64,000 nt of DNA. It comes from Phallusia mammillata. Taxonomy: Eukaryota. The stretch lies in contig OZ281496.1 of NCBI GenBank assembly GCA_965637545.1, positions 8,494,001 to 8,558,000 on the forward strand, in the 5' to 3' direction. Below the pieces are notes generated by a model, which was not told the DNA's origin, ran no database searches, and was given only the letters and a program-made list of their open reading frames with translations. Position numbers and translations under genes: made by a program. Positions 1-12,448 of this stretch are shown here, piece by piece. Within the stretch, counting starts at the first letter, position 1. Each line of letters starts with the position of its first letter.

Positions 1-1974
1 TGATAAGCTTTATACAGCCCAGACACAAGTCTTGCAAACTGTTTTCGTTTTAAGATTGTAGTTGGATAGTTTACCAAAAAACGTTACTGCCGTTTTCCAA
101 TAAATTCCAAAAACGATCAAATACAAACACAAAACTGCATAAAGTTAAGTGTTGCCAATTTTGTTTTTTATAAAGCTTGTTTAGTGTAGGTTTTTTATGC
201 GTTTAGAGAAATATCGTTTTTAATAGAGTTGTTTGTGTTACCTATCGGAACTTAGCTAAATGTTGGGCTGCCATGACGTGTAGTTTCAATAGAGTTTTTA
301 TATATTATAAGTGTTGATTTTGTTGTAACTTATACTATGTTTTATTCTGTTCGCCACAAACTTGCTTTGAGTAAAGACTAAATCAAACGACACTGACGAA
401 ACTGAGACATAGTTTCACTTCTCGTTTTACAATTTATCAAGCCCGTTTGTAAATGAGCATCGAGGACGCTCTTCGCTTGCTTCTATGTTAATATAAAGTG
501 GAATATAAAGCTCATTAACTGTTTTAACTTCGGGCTTGCACAGGTTTAAACGTTAGGTCGAACGAATTCTGGACAAGAAACAAATATTTTTATCAGTGTA
601 ATGGGTTTTTCGGGTCCACTTGGGTTCGTACCGTCTTCGAGCTTTATTTGTTTTCGACAAACGGGCTTGATTCGGGCCTGACGTCAAATTCTCTGTCAGC
701 AATTTTTCAATGAAATGAGTTGCAAACAACTGTGCTTGAACAAAACGAATTTCTCGACTTGGCGCCTGTGTGCAAGGCATGCAAGGGAAGGAAACAATCG
801 CACGGCCAATTGATTTTCATTAGCGAGTGCGTACTGGGCACAAACCAAATGTAAAGTCATTTGACCTAATTCTTCCAGTTTGCTCGTTTATCGTTGGGTG
901 CGGCCAAGCTTCATTAAAGCCAAACATTTTAAAGCAGTTATTTCAAAGCAACTAACGTATTGTGCTGAGTTGTGTTGAATCTATTTAGCTTTCTGAAAGA
1001 GCATATAGCGACACAATGACATTAAACAATCACTAGGCCGACAATAGCTGCACAATGTTGAAATGTAAATGACACAATAGGTAGATATGGCTACGCGCGC
1101 TGCAGCTAAGTCTGCACTGTATCGTAAAGATTTAGGTAGTGGCAGCTTATAAGGGAGTGATCTTTGCGCATTATTTGATTTCTTGTTTGTCAGGGTTTGT
1201 TTGCAACTAAAGGAGATAAATTTGGTAAGATTTCGTGAGTAATACGTAAGTATTTGCATTACAATTGTAATGTACAGCTTGTTAAAGGGACCACAACAGG
1301 TTTTGTTTTGAATTCAATAGGCGTAGTTTTGTTTGTGTTTTACCTCACAGTTTGTGGTTAACTTAAAAAACAAGCCCTCATTCTAAGGACTTGAAGTGGT
1401 CAAAACCTATATATTGTAAAAAAAAGAAGCAACACAAACAAGTGAAGTTGTTTAAACAACTATTGAAACGAGAAAAAGTAATATTTTGGTATTGACGAAG
1501 ATAAAATGGACACTTGTGTGAAAACTGCAACCAAAGAATTTAAATGCAATTTGTGTAAAAAATCATTTACGCGGAAGTATACTCTGAAACAACATGTTGC
1601 TACACACAGTGGAGAAAAACGCTATCAATGTGAGGTATGTCAGAAAAAAGTTTTCACTAAAGCACTTTTGAAAGCACACATTCTGACACACTCCGAAAGA
1701 AAAAGACCGTATAAGTGTGAAATTTGTGAAAAAGGTTTTCTCTCAGCTTCTGAATTGAAAAGACACGAGGTATCTCACACTGGCGTTAAACCATACAGTT
1801 GCGACATTTGCGAAAAGAAGTTTCAAACTTCAGGACATGTAAAGCAACATATGAGATGCCATTTAGAGGAACGACCATACAAGTGTCAGCACTGCGAAAA
1901 AAGTTACACCCAATCTTCCCACCTTTCAAGACACATGCTTCATCACACCAAGGAACAACGACACAAGTGTAGAG

Positions 1975-2105
1975 TGTGATGTATGTATTTACCGCTAGAT
2001 GTCGTCCCTGAGTTATGACGTCACGTTTCGTATATAACCGTGTACCGCGTCTTAAACGTGGCAGTCAATACAGGTAACCGCTTAAAGGTGTGTGCGTTCA
2101 TGACA
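1975..2105 (+). repeat. 5' LTR (131 bp)
   Basis: tgtgatgtatg...gttcatgaca; identical by eye to 5410-5540. Confidence 0.97.
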
Positions 2106-2120
2106 TGGTGTCAGAAGTGG
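2106..2120 (+). promoter_or_regulatory. Primer-binding site complementary to the 3' end of tRNA-Leu
   Basis: TGGTGTCAGAAGTGG directly follows the LTR and is complementary to ...CCACTTCTGACACCA of eukaryotic tRNA-Leu(CAA). Confidence 0.85.
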
Positions 2121-2129
2121 TTTTATAAA

Positions 2130-5100
2130 ATGGAAGGTTCGTTCTCACTGCCTGAAGCTATGCAATGGAGTGGCAATGTGTCACAAAACTGGGTTAAGTT
2201 TATCAGGGGATTTAGGCTTTATTTGACAGCTGTTGGTTATGACGGAAAGGCTGCAAAAGTTAAAACATCTATGTTGCTCCACGTGTTGGGAGAGCAAGGT
2301 CAAACCATCCACTCAACATTTAAATTTGAAGAAGGACAAGAAATGCACTTTGAAACTGTGGTCAATGCCTTCGAAAGCTACTGTTGTCCGAGGAAGAATA
2401 TCACCAGCGAGCGATACAGGTTTTTTTCTAGCAATCAAAATGATGGTGAAAGAATAGATGTTTTTATAACCGATTTAAAAAAAACTGTCTAAAAGCTGTG
2501 ATTTCGGTGAACTTTGCGACTCATTAATCCGAGACAAAATTATTATTGGTATCAAGTGTGTTCAACTTCGTCAAAGTTTGCTGCGGGAAGAGGAACTAAC
2601 GCTTGAAAAAGCTATTAAAATGTGCATAACAAACGAAACAGTAAGATCGCAAATGACAATGTTTCGATCAACAAATTCTACAAGTTGTAGCTTGGATGCT
2701 GTTCAACGCGAACCACGTGGTAATCAATTACCAGCGCCTCGAGTTTGCAGATTCTGTGCCTTGCGACATGACGTCAGAGCGTGTCCTGCCTGGGGAAGGC
2801 GATGCTTGAAGTGTGGTGGAAGAAACCACTTCGCTCGATGTTGCAGTGCAGCTAATCACCCGCAAGCGCAACGCGCGGATACAATTCAGACGTACAACAT
2901 GCAATCTGTAAGTACTACTAGTTCACCAAAAGATTGGCTTGTTGACATTTTTGTGCTTTCATGTACACTTCGTTTTAAGATAGACACGGGAGCCCAAGTA
3001 AATATTTTGTCACGAAATGATTTTCAAAAACTTCAGGGACGTCCATATGTTTCTATTACTAATATTCGATTGATCTCATATACTGGCCACCATATTCCAG
3101 TTTGTGGGACAATTAGTTTAACACTTGAAGAAGAAATTATTAGTCAATTTTCAAATGCTAAAGTATTTTCTAAACTCGACGCTTTGTCTGGGTTTTGGCA
3201 AGTAAAGTTGGATGAAGATAGTTCTAAGCTTTGTACGTTTAACACTCCGTTTGGACGGTGTAGATTTTTGCGCATGCCGTTCGGCATTTGTTCTGCTCCA
3301 GAAGTGTTTCACAAGTTGGTGTACATGATGTTTGAACACATGAACGGCGTTGTAACGTCTATGGACGATATTGTGGTTTGGGGTTCAACTAAGCAGGAAC
3401 ATGACATGAGGCTTAAAAATGTGTTAACGGTTTTGCAACGCAATAATCTGAAACTCAATAAGGAAAAATGTGTGTTCGGTGTAGACAAGATTACTTTTCT
3501 TGGTGAAGTTGTGAGTGCTTCAGGTGTTCAACCTGATCCAAATAAAGTTCATGCAATAGAGCAACTAAAGCGTCCTCAGTCTAAGGGTGACTTGCTGAAA
3601 TTTTTGGGAATGGTCACGTACCTAGGTCGTTTCATTTCCGACTTGTCTACTAAAACATCTTCTTTGCGTTTGTTATTGCATAAACGGAGCAACTGGGAGT
3701 GGACGCAAGCACACGAAATGGAATGGAGGAATTTAAAACGGCTGGTCACAACTGCCCCAGTACTTCGGTTTTTCGACCCCAAGAAATCGATCAAAATTTC
3801 GGCAGACGCATCTAAACATGGACTTGGAGCTGTAATTTTGCAACAGCATGACAACATGTGGCAGCCAGTGGCTTATGCGGCAAGAGCTTTAACAACCGCT
3901 GAAACAAGGTATGCACAAATTGAAAAGGAATTGCTTGCTATCACCTTTGCATGTGAAAGATTTTATCAGTATGTTTATGGTCAGAAATTTGTGGTAGAAA
4001 CTGATCACAAACCTCTCATAGCGTTGTTTCTCAAGGAGTTAAATAACTGTCCGTTGCGCATTCAACGTCTAATGATCCGGTTGCAAAGATTTCATTTCAC
4101 CGCAGAGTTTACTCCAGGTAAATTCATGCACACAGCTGATTTGTTATCAAGATGTGTGGAGAACAGTGTGTCCGTTCAATCGCTTTCTTGTCACAGTGTA
4201 TGTGAATATGTAGATCTAATTGTATCCGCTATTGCTTGTATGCCATTAGTTAAACAAAAGTTACAAAGTAAAACCATATGTGACGAACAGTTGCAAATTG
4301 TAATGCGTCTTGTAAATAATGGTTGGCCTTTACATAAGCGTGCTTGTCCTGTTTTAGCAAAACCCTTTTGGGATGTCAAAAATGAACTTTCTGTTGTTGA
4401 CGGTATTTTGTTTCGTGGATCTCGAATAGTTGTTCCAATGTCTATGCGCAGTTATTTTTTAGAACGTGTGCATGAAGGCCATTTGGGTGAAGTAAAATGC
4501 AAAGGACGAGCTCGGGAAAGTATATATTGGCCTGGGTTATCCAACGACATATCTGGTTTGGTTTCTTCCTGTGCCATTTGTGCAAAATTCAGGTCACAGC
4601 AACAACGCCAACCGTTAGAACCTCACCAAGCTCCTTCTTATCCGTTTCAGAAAGTGGCAACTGACCTGTTCTATTGGAACCGAAAAATGTTTTTGGTAAC
4701 AGTGGACTACTACTCCGGATATCCAGAAGTAACCCCGTTGACTACAACTTCTGCGGCGTCTGTTATAAGTGGTTTGAAAACTATTTTTTCCAGGTTTGGA
4801 ATTCCCGAAACTGTTATTAGTGATAACGGTCCTCAGTTTTCTAGTGAGGAGTTTGCAAAATTCGCCGAGGAATGGGGCTTTGTTCATTTAACCTCGAGTC
4901 CACATTATCCACGATCTAACGGACTGGCTGAGAGGGGTATCCAGACAACGAAGCAACTACTTAAAAAAGCTCATGCCAGTGTACAGGATTTTAACAAAAG
5001 TTTGTTAATATTTAGGAGTGCTCCTCTCCTTTGCGGAAAATCACCTGCACAGCTTCTCATGGGTCGGCAAATCAGACACACGATGCCCCTGGATATCGAA

Positions 5101-5397
5101 ACGTTAAAAAGTTCAACTTGCCGTCCGTTTGGAAAAGAAAGAAAACAACAAAATAAGTATTATGACAGGGGAACAAGAAACATGCTGCAATTACAAGTGA
5201 ACACTCCTGTAAAACTGTACAATACCCAAAACAAACTATGGGATCAACAAGGAACTATAGAAAAACAGTTATCTCATCGCTCTTATCTTGTAAAAACTAG
5301 TGATGGTGTATTGTATCGGCGTAATCGTGTTCATTTACGTCCATTGAATGTTATTGTGAATCCTTACCCTTCGAGACGTCAGTTAAGTTCAATTTAA
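2130..5397 (+). CDS. gag-pol polyprotein; one frameshift in the A-run 2477-2484, RT N-terminus deleted
   Basis: Gag zinc knuckles (CRFCALRH..C, CLKCGGRNHFARCC), protease IDTGAQVN, RT SMDDIV, RNase H ADASKHGLGA/ETDHKPL, integrase HHCC and DLF..SDNGPQF..AERG. Confidence 0.9.
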
Positions 5398-5400
5398 ACG

Positions 5401-5408
5401 AAGGGAAG
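5401..5408 (+). promoter_or_regulatory. Polypurine tract
   Basis: aagggaag, 1 nt before the 3' LTR. Confidence 0.75.
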
Positions 5409-5409
5409 T

Positions 5410-5540
5410 TGTGATGTATGTATTTACCGCTAGATGTCGTCCCTGAGTTATGACGTCACGTTTCGTATATAACCGTGTACCGCGTCTTAAACGTGGCAGT
5501 CAATACAGGTAACCGCTTAAAGGTGTGTGCGTTCATGACA
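5410..5540 (+). repeat. 3' LTR (131 bp)
   Basis: Identical by eye to 1975-2105. Confidence 0.97.
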
Positions 5541-8279
5541 TAGAGTGTGTGAAAAATCTTTTACAGAGAGAAAGAATTAGACATACATCTTAATGTGCAC
5601 ATGGGTCTTAAACTGCATAAGTGTACTATATGTCAGAAGGCATTTAGTTACCCAAGAACTCTAAGAAACCACATACTTACTCATAGTGAAGTAAAACCTC
5701 ACAAGTGTAAGTTTTGTGAAAAAGAGTTTGCGTGGAGAAATGGTCTCAATAAACACATGTTGAGTCATAAAGAAGAAAAACTTTTTAAATGTCCTTCTTG
5801 TGGAAAAGAATTCCATCATTTTCAAAGTTTAAAGCGACACAGCTTGACACACTCGGGAATAAAGGCTCACCAGTGTGACATTTGTGAGAAAAAGTTTGCC
5901 CTTTTGACATTGAAAAGACACCGAGAAGTTCACTTTGGCAAAAAAAAGTTTCAATGTAAAGTTTGTAAAAGATACTTTACACGACTTGACAACTTAAAAG
6001 GGCACTTGGAAAAAACTAACAATGGTCGATGTGCCGAAATTTTGTATGACATCAACCTTTAATACTGCCAATTATTATGTCATTGAATTGATCCAAAAAT
6101 AATTAAAATTTAATTTCTAATTTCTACAGATATATGTAAATTAATCCATAAAAATCATTGTCATTAAAGCATGTATTCGCAGAATTTCTTCTCAATGTCG
6201 TTGAAATATGTTTGCGTCACCTATTTACATGTTTTGTATAGTTTTCCTAACGTTTTTTTTCAAATCCGTCAATTCTTCGTTCTTACTACCATAAAATCTC
6301 GTTCACTTCATTAGATAATATTGTCGCGAAAAGAAAAACACATTTAAAAAAAACATAGATACTGAAAATCAGATTTAGCTAAAAATACTAGTCTGAATTA
6401 TCGTTGGAGATTTGACATACATAACATGTCGTTAATTTCTAATTCGGACTAAATGGTTTGGTTTCAAAACACCGAATGTAGTTTATACAGTGCCCATGCA
6501 ACCTGTAAAGCAGCGATATTTACTTTCGGCGGGAATTTAATTACAATTTTCCCGCGAGAGATTTAGTAAGCCTAGGATGTTGTAGAACCGTACGAAGAAT
6601 GCACCAGTGTTTGCTCTAAAACATTTGTTTGCTCTAAAACTGCATTAAAAAAGTTTCCATAACTAACCACATAAGCCATTACTAAAAATTTAGGAAGTTC
6701 GTGATTTTTTAACTGGTTTTTGCGTCAAATATTAGTTTGTGAGATAAATAGATCATAGGACGTCCTGCTTGGACCAACATGATTCTGTCTCATGTATTAG
6801 TTAGTATTATTTCAGTTTGGTATCAGGCAGAACCAATAAACACGAAAACAAAGTTACGTGACCAAATTTGGCAGTCGGTATGCTTGCACGATCGAATCTG
6901 AGCGATTTGCAGAGTCCATTTTTACTGGCAGCATTTACAACGGTTCACTTGAAAACAAAAGGAATACTTTTGACTGAATAAGGTTGGTTTCTTAACATAT
7001 TTACTTTTAATATCGCTAAATGTATTAAAAGAGTTGATAAAACGTTATCAAAACTGGCGGTTAAAATGTAGTATATTTTTTGGTAGGTTTTTGTTTCAAA
7101 TCAAAGTTGTTGAATCCCCCTAGGTGGTGCAAAAGGCATTCGCTGTCATTTGATATTTAAAAAAAGGGAACTTTGCCGAATGGTCTGCCGCGCCTGACCC
7201 ATATACAGACATAAAAAACCCGCGCACATTCAGATGGGGACAAAGACTTCCAAGAAAATCGAGCAAGGGTTCAGGCATTGGGAGAAGAAACAGCTCAAAT
7301 TTTAAAGAAGCAAGTTTACCACAAAGGAAATTTCCTATTTAGAAGGAGAAAATGTTTAAACGTAATCACATCTTGACTGAACAAAACAATCTAATGGAAG
7401 TTATGACAACAATATTTACAACAAAGGGACAAACTATAAGTTCTCATGAGGATGACAACAACAAAAAGTTAGCAGACAAAGAACATGAACAGCGGAAAGT
7501 GATCGGGATTCGTCCCCGGGAGAATCCTTGGTTCGAACCCCGTGAAAAAAATATGTAAAAATGCTGACGGTTAGGACTACATGGGTTGAGGTAAGGTTTC
7601 ATAATATTATTGACAATAAATCTAAACTTGAGTCCTAACCATAACTCGGTCACACTGGTAATTTTAATACCCGAACTTTTTACGTTATCTATCGAATTTA
7701 GCAAACTTTTTGGTTTTGTTTACTTGTGCTCTATCGTTTATAGACTGATACCTTAGTTGCTAAATACAATTGGTCAAAAATTGATCGGGCAAACACAAAT
7801 TTCTTTTCGTTAGGAAAATTTCATGCATCTAGTTTCAGCAAAACTAAGATGAAGTATTACTGGGATTAGCTCAGAAGCGTTCATACGAGCAGCAATCACG
7901 TCACAGTACATCTGTTATATTAAAGGCGATTTATCGAATCAAAAAGTCTCCCAAATATTTCTTTATTGACAAAAAAGCGTTCATGCAGACCAGCGATCAC
8001 GGTACACTCATTTAAAATGCCTAGTACGCCAAGCCTACTGACACCCTAATACGAAGCTGACATGTGGAGCATACGAGACAGGCAACGGTGTTTGTGATTT
8101 GACTACTACCGGAATTACCCCAAGGCAAAAAATAAGTACAAAAAAGTAAACAAAATCTAGGTTCTTACAGTGCAGCAACCAACACCATACCTCACGGCAG
8201 ACGCAAATTGAGTTAAATATTAATAGGCGCAAAAAGCTGAATTATTAATTTAGCATTTAATAAGGGGTAGGGTTTAGAA

Positions 8280-8496
8280 CAGTGGTTCTTAACCTTTTTT
8301 CCTTGCTGCACCCCTTTCAAATCACAAACCAATTTTCGCACCCCCTTTCAAATCACTAACCAATTTTCGCTCCCCCTTCTGTAATTGCTTAAATAGAATA
8401 GACCTAACCAACCTTAATGGGTCAGCATCCCCGCACCCCCTAGGAACAGTTCTCGCACCCCTTGGGGGTGCGTGCACCCCAGGTTAAGAACCCCTG
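8280..8496. mobile_element. hAT (Buster-type) MITE
   Basis: TIRs cagtggttcttaacc / ggttaagaacccctg; 8-bp TSD GTTTAGAA. Confidence 0.9.
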
Positions 8497-9214
8497 GTTT
8501 AGAATTTTCTAAAAAATTAACATTAAGATATATAGATATAAGATATATACCTTTCAAAATAGGTGCTTGGTTTTGCGCCACCCAAAGAAAATTAGCCAAA
8601 AACGCTGCTAACGTAAGGTATGGTGTTAGAAGATTGCCAATGTCCTAAAACGGCGATGTCGTGCTGTTTCAATTACCATCTGAGCTTTTGCACCACCCAT
8701 CGGCAAATGATCTGATGTTAGTAGGTCTGACATATTTTTTTTAAGTCTATACGAGAATGCTTACAAACAGGCTTGATTCGTTACTTTCACCGATACTTGC
8801 CGCAAAAAAATGTGATTTTTGACTTTTAACAGCCATCTTGGATTCCAATTCAATCGCAGTCTAATGCTTCAAGCAGATTTTTATACAAAGCAACTTTAAC
8901 CTGTACTGATTTGGAAACGTATGAAACAAGTTTTCAGTAAGCTTTATTCCAACATCCCCTTAAATCAAGCCATACTGTAATTTAACAATGGAACTGTTGA
9001 ACGTTAGTCGAACCTAACATGAACAATATCCGGATGTTTGTGCAATTTAGTTATTATTAGCAAGACAATATACACAATGCGAGAAGTAGAAACCGAAAAT
9101 GCCCATAGACTTAGCACAATTCGACAATAGATTGTTTCAAGAGAAACTAAGAAACAGAAAACTATAATACAAAACTAAGGTGCATGAAATATGCCATGAT
9201 GAAAAATAAACAAA

Positions 9215-10102
9215 TCACTGTTCGATATCAACTGTTTCACGCCGTGTCATAAATGACATAGGAAATTTCAATATTTCTTTCCACGTTTCGAACGTTAAAA
9301 CAAGAGCTACTAGGTTGCAAGTAATTGCTACTGCAAACAGCTCTACGTCCAAATACCTATTGACAACTATTGCTAGCATATCGGTTGAAATGCAAAGTAG
9401 GGTCATAAAAGCGGTCCTTTTTATCATTTGTAACACAGCAATGTCATTTACTCTATGCTGGGCGCATTTAAATGGATAGAAGAAAAGGAATAAAAGCAAG
9501 CACTGGCCTACAAAATCAATTGCACCTCCCGCTATCCAAGGCCACTTAACATTCCCAATAACATTTTTGCATCCATATCCAAATGATCGAAATCTTTGTG
9601 TAATAGAGTATCCAATGCAAGCAGTAAAGATGCCAAAAATCAGAAAGACAATGCTCGACCAACTTAGTACTTTAATCGAACTTTTGTAAAGGTGATTCAA
9701 AAGAGAACTTTTATAGAAGCAACGTTGTTTGAACCACAGAAATGTGTAAACTGTACAAAAACTGAAACCAAGCACCATGGGCATAATTTGAAGTAAAGTT
9801 TGACATGCGTACGTTGATCCTGAAATATAACCCATATTTAACATACATAGGTCAAGTACAGTGTATGTGTTCACTAAGATGGACGCTACACTTGTCAACA
9901 TATGCATAACCCGTACATTCCTATCTCCACTTTTGTACTTGTTGTGTGAACAACCATAAGCAAATATTGCAATAGTCAAGTAAATGGTAATGCATAGTGC
10001 AGTTGTGTCTATTATCAGCCAAACAATTCTTTGTGCAGGAAATTTAGTTGCACCCTTCGTTCTTGTATCGATGTCTGTGAGATTGGCAGTGTTTGAGTCC
10101 AT
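9215..10102 (-). CDS. Intronless 7TM GPCR-like protein, 295 aa (intact copy 1)
   Basis: Seven hydrophobic segments; N-terminal NxT sequon; Cys at the top of TM3 and in ECL2; family motifs YTFLWFKQR, LLLFLFxYPF, CISTD, FETW. Confidence 0.9.
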   Translation of the reverse strand: MDSNTANLTDIDTRTKGATKFPAQRIVWLIIDTTALCITIYLTIAIFAYGCSHNKYKSGDRNVRVMHMLTSVASILVNTYTVLDLCMLNMGYISGSTYACQTLLQIMPMVLGFSFCTVYTFLWFKQRCFYKSSLLNHLYKSSIKVLSWSSIVFLIFGIFTACIGYSITQRFRSFGYGCKNVIGNVKWPWIAGGAIDFVGQCLLLFLFFYPFKCAQHRVNDIAVLQMIKRTAFMTLLCISTDMLAIVVNRYLDVELFAVAITCNLVALVLTFETWKEILKFPMSFMTRRETVDIEQ

Positions 10103-10557
10103 CTTAAAGTTTCAGCAAATTCTAAAGCGTAGTACGGTTCTAAAACAATATCAGACTAAATGAAAGGTCAATGCATTCAATAATCAGGCCTACGAAAGCA
10201 GAAAAAGACAAATTACTTATGTATTTAATAAACATAAAAAAGTGCCCTAAACGTCGCTGCCAAACTCCTGGTTTCTGCACAACTAACTAACGCTAGAAAA
10301 TGTCAACCGCAGTTATGAGCACCACAGCATATACAAAGCAGTGCTTCCTTCTATCTAACAACTGTATACTCTTCCTGATTGTGTAATTTATCGGTCTGAC
10401 AACTGAAACACAGAAGTGAAACTTTGTAAGCCTTGTGCACAAGAGTTATGTCATGGAATTATTGTAACGAATTAGACATGAAGGTTTAATTTGCAACGGC
10501 TTATTTTCAATATTTCTCTGTGCTTTTGCGCTACCCATCGGTAATAAAAAAATGGAT

Positions 10558-10601
10558 AATCCTGATGAAGACGTCTTGTATAGGACGCCGAAACGTCGAT
10601 T
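10558..10601 (+). ncRNA. Minimal type I hammerhead ribozyme motif (PLE-type), intact core
   Basis: aatc-CTGATGA-a-[gacgtctt gtat aggacgcc]-GAAAC-GTC-gatt. Stem I aatc/gatt, stem II has one mismatch, predicted cleavage after C10597. Confidence 0.75.
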
Positions 10602-11560
10602 GTTTACAATAAAACTGCTGGATGAGGAATACTTGGTTATACATTATGTCTGGCAGCAATAGTCTATAATTATATCATAAATGGTCTGATGTTGGCAGGT
10701 CTACATATTTTTCGAGTATATTTGGAATTTGTACAGGGCATATTTAATTCGGCATGGTGCAGTTAAACGGTAGTTTCAGAAAAAAGAAAGAATTTTAGAC
10801 ATTTGGCCAAAATCTTGGATTCAAATTTAAACGCTGGTGGATGCTTCGGACTTTAATTCAACTCATCTCAAACCTGTAATCACGCAGAAACGTATAAGTA
10901 AGTTTTTTTTTAGTTAAAGTTTATTCGAAAATACGGATCAACCAGTGGTTCTCAATCTGTAGTACTCCGGAACTTTCCAGGTGGTACGTAAATTGCTTTC
11001 TACCATACTAAGTGTAAGGCATATCAAAAATTTCAACTCAACTGAACCAACTGATCAGCCGTGTTAGTATAAAACAATTGTCTTGGATCATGTTTTAGAA
11101 TTGCTAACTTTCTCTGTCTGGTCGTAGAAAAATAGATCACCTTCTGTTTTTTGTATTGCTACGTACCACCGAAATCCTGTTTGTACGGGTAGACCAAGAG
11201 ATAGGTTTACCTAGTACAGCATAGTTCTAAAACCAGTAAGCCATTGAAAGAGGGTTTCGGTGTTTGGCAGTTAGTACGCGATTCGTATAAGGCTGGTTCT
11301 TAAACAATAGCTGTACTTCAATTTATCAACACAACTTTGGAAGGTGAGTCGACCCGATCACCAACAATACCAGGATGTTTGTGCAATTAATTTATTGGTA
11401 GCAACATTTCATACACAATGCGACAAGTAGAAACCAAAAATCCGCATAGAGATATCACAACACTACAATAGATCGTTTCAAGAGAAACAGAAAACCAGGG
11501 TGCATGAAAACTACAAGCAATTAATGTGGACTATTAATAATGTAATGAAAACTAAACAAC

Positions 11561-12448
11561 TCAGTATTCAATATCAACTGTTTCACGCCTTGTGAAATGT
11601 GACAGAGGATACTTCAGTATATCGTTACAAGTTTCAAACGTTAAAACAAGAGCTAATAGGTTGCATGCAATTGCTGCTGCAAACAGCTGTACCTCCAGAT
11701 ACAAGTTAGCAAACATTGCTGCAATATCGGTTGAAATGCAAAGAAGTGACAAGAAAGCGCTTCGTTTCATCATTTGTAACCCGGCAATGCCATTTACTCC
11801 TTGCTGGGCGCATTTAAATGGATAGAGGAAAAGGAATAAAAGTATGCACTGTCCAGCTATATCAATTGAACTACCCACTAACAAAGGCCACTTAACATTT
11901 CCATCAACATATTTGCACCCATAGCCAAATGATTGATACCTTTGTGTAATCGAGAATGCAATGGATGCAGTAAATGTTCCCAAATTCAGGCAGACAATGC
12001 TTGACCAACTTAGTACTTTAATCCAACCTTTGTAAAGGTGATGTAAAAGTGAACTTTTATAGAAGCAACGTTGTTTATACCACAGAAATGTGTAAACTGA
12101 GCATAAACTAAAACCTAGAACAATGGGCGTGATTTTCATTAATATTTGACATGCACGCGTTGATCCTGGATTGAAGCCCACAAATATATAAGCTAAGTCA
12201 AGCACAATGTGTATGTTCACTAAGATAGACAATAAACTTGTCAACATATACATAACCCATGCATTCCTATCTCCACTTTTGTACTTGTTGTGTGAGGAAC
12301 CATAGGCAAATATTGCAACAGTTAAGTAAACGGTAAAGCATTCTGCAGTTGTGTCTATCATTAGCCAAGCAATTCTTTGTGGAGGAAGTTTGATGGCACT
12401 CTTCGTTCTTCGATCGATGTCTGTGAGATTGGAAATATTTGAATCCAT
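11561..12448 (-). CDS. Intronless 7TM GPCR-like protein, 295 aa (intact copy 2)
   Basis: Colinear paralog of 9215-10102 with the same length and motifs. Confidence 0.9.
   Translation of the reverse strand: MDSNISNLTDIDRRTKSAIKLPPQRIAWLMIDTTAECFTVYLTVAIFAYGSSHNKYKSGDRNAWVMYMLTSLLSILVNIHIVLDLAYIFVGFNPGSTRACQILMKITPIVLGFSLCSVYTFLWYKQRCFYKSSLLHHLYKGWIKVLSWSSIVCLNLGTFTASIAFSITQRYQSFGYGCKYVDGNVKWPLLVGSSIDIAGQCILLFLFLYPFKCAQQGVNGIAGLQMMKRSAFLSLLCISTDIAAMFANLYLEVQLFAAAIACNLLALVLTFETCNDILKYPLSHFTRRETVDIEY

Larger units (their letters stand above)
1975..5540 (+). mobile_element. Ty3/gypsy LTR retrotransposon (Mag-like), 3566 bp, internally deleted
   Basis: TG...CA LTRs, 5-bp TSD TAGAG (1970-1974 and 5541-5545), PBS, PPT, and a gag-PR-RT-RH-IN order. 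Confidence 0.97.
1506..6062 (+). pseudogene. C2H2 zinc-finger gene copy A, split by an LTR retrotransposon
   Basis: 1506-1974 plus 5546-6062 reconstitutes the paralog at 16280-17269. The 5' part stops at TGA 1977-1979 inside the LTR. Finger 10 has a 3-nt deletion (FALLTLKRH vs FALLATLKRH). Confidence 0.95.
1..6960 (+). repeat. Segmental duplication unit A (flank + ZnF gene); direct repeat of 14762-18130
   Basis: 1-1500 and 5541-6960 align near-identically with 14762-18130 (e.g. aagattgtagttggatagtttaccaaaaaacgttactgcc at ~52 and ~14812). Patchy homology continues into the 7TM genes. Confidence 0.95.

Noticed and set aside
380-430. ctgacga followed by the hairpin gaaact/agtttc (also ~15145 and ~59715) as a hammerhead
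   Set aside because: No GAAA box after the stem and no NUH site in a valid topology.
553-1259. ORFs 553-780 and 981-1259 (and 15313-15543)
   Set aside because: Similarity between copies reflects the segmental duplication; there are no domain motifs, and frames are not kept between copies.
2477-2492. Programmed ribosomal frameshift in gag
   Set aside because: The shift falls inside the capsid region, not at the gag-pol boundary; Mag-type elements usually have a single ORF.
7500-7560. ggttcgaacccc B-box-like motif
   Set aside because: No A box or cloverleaf.
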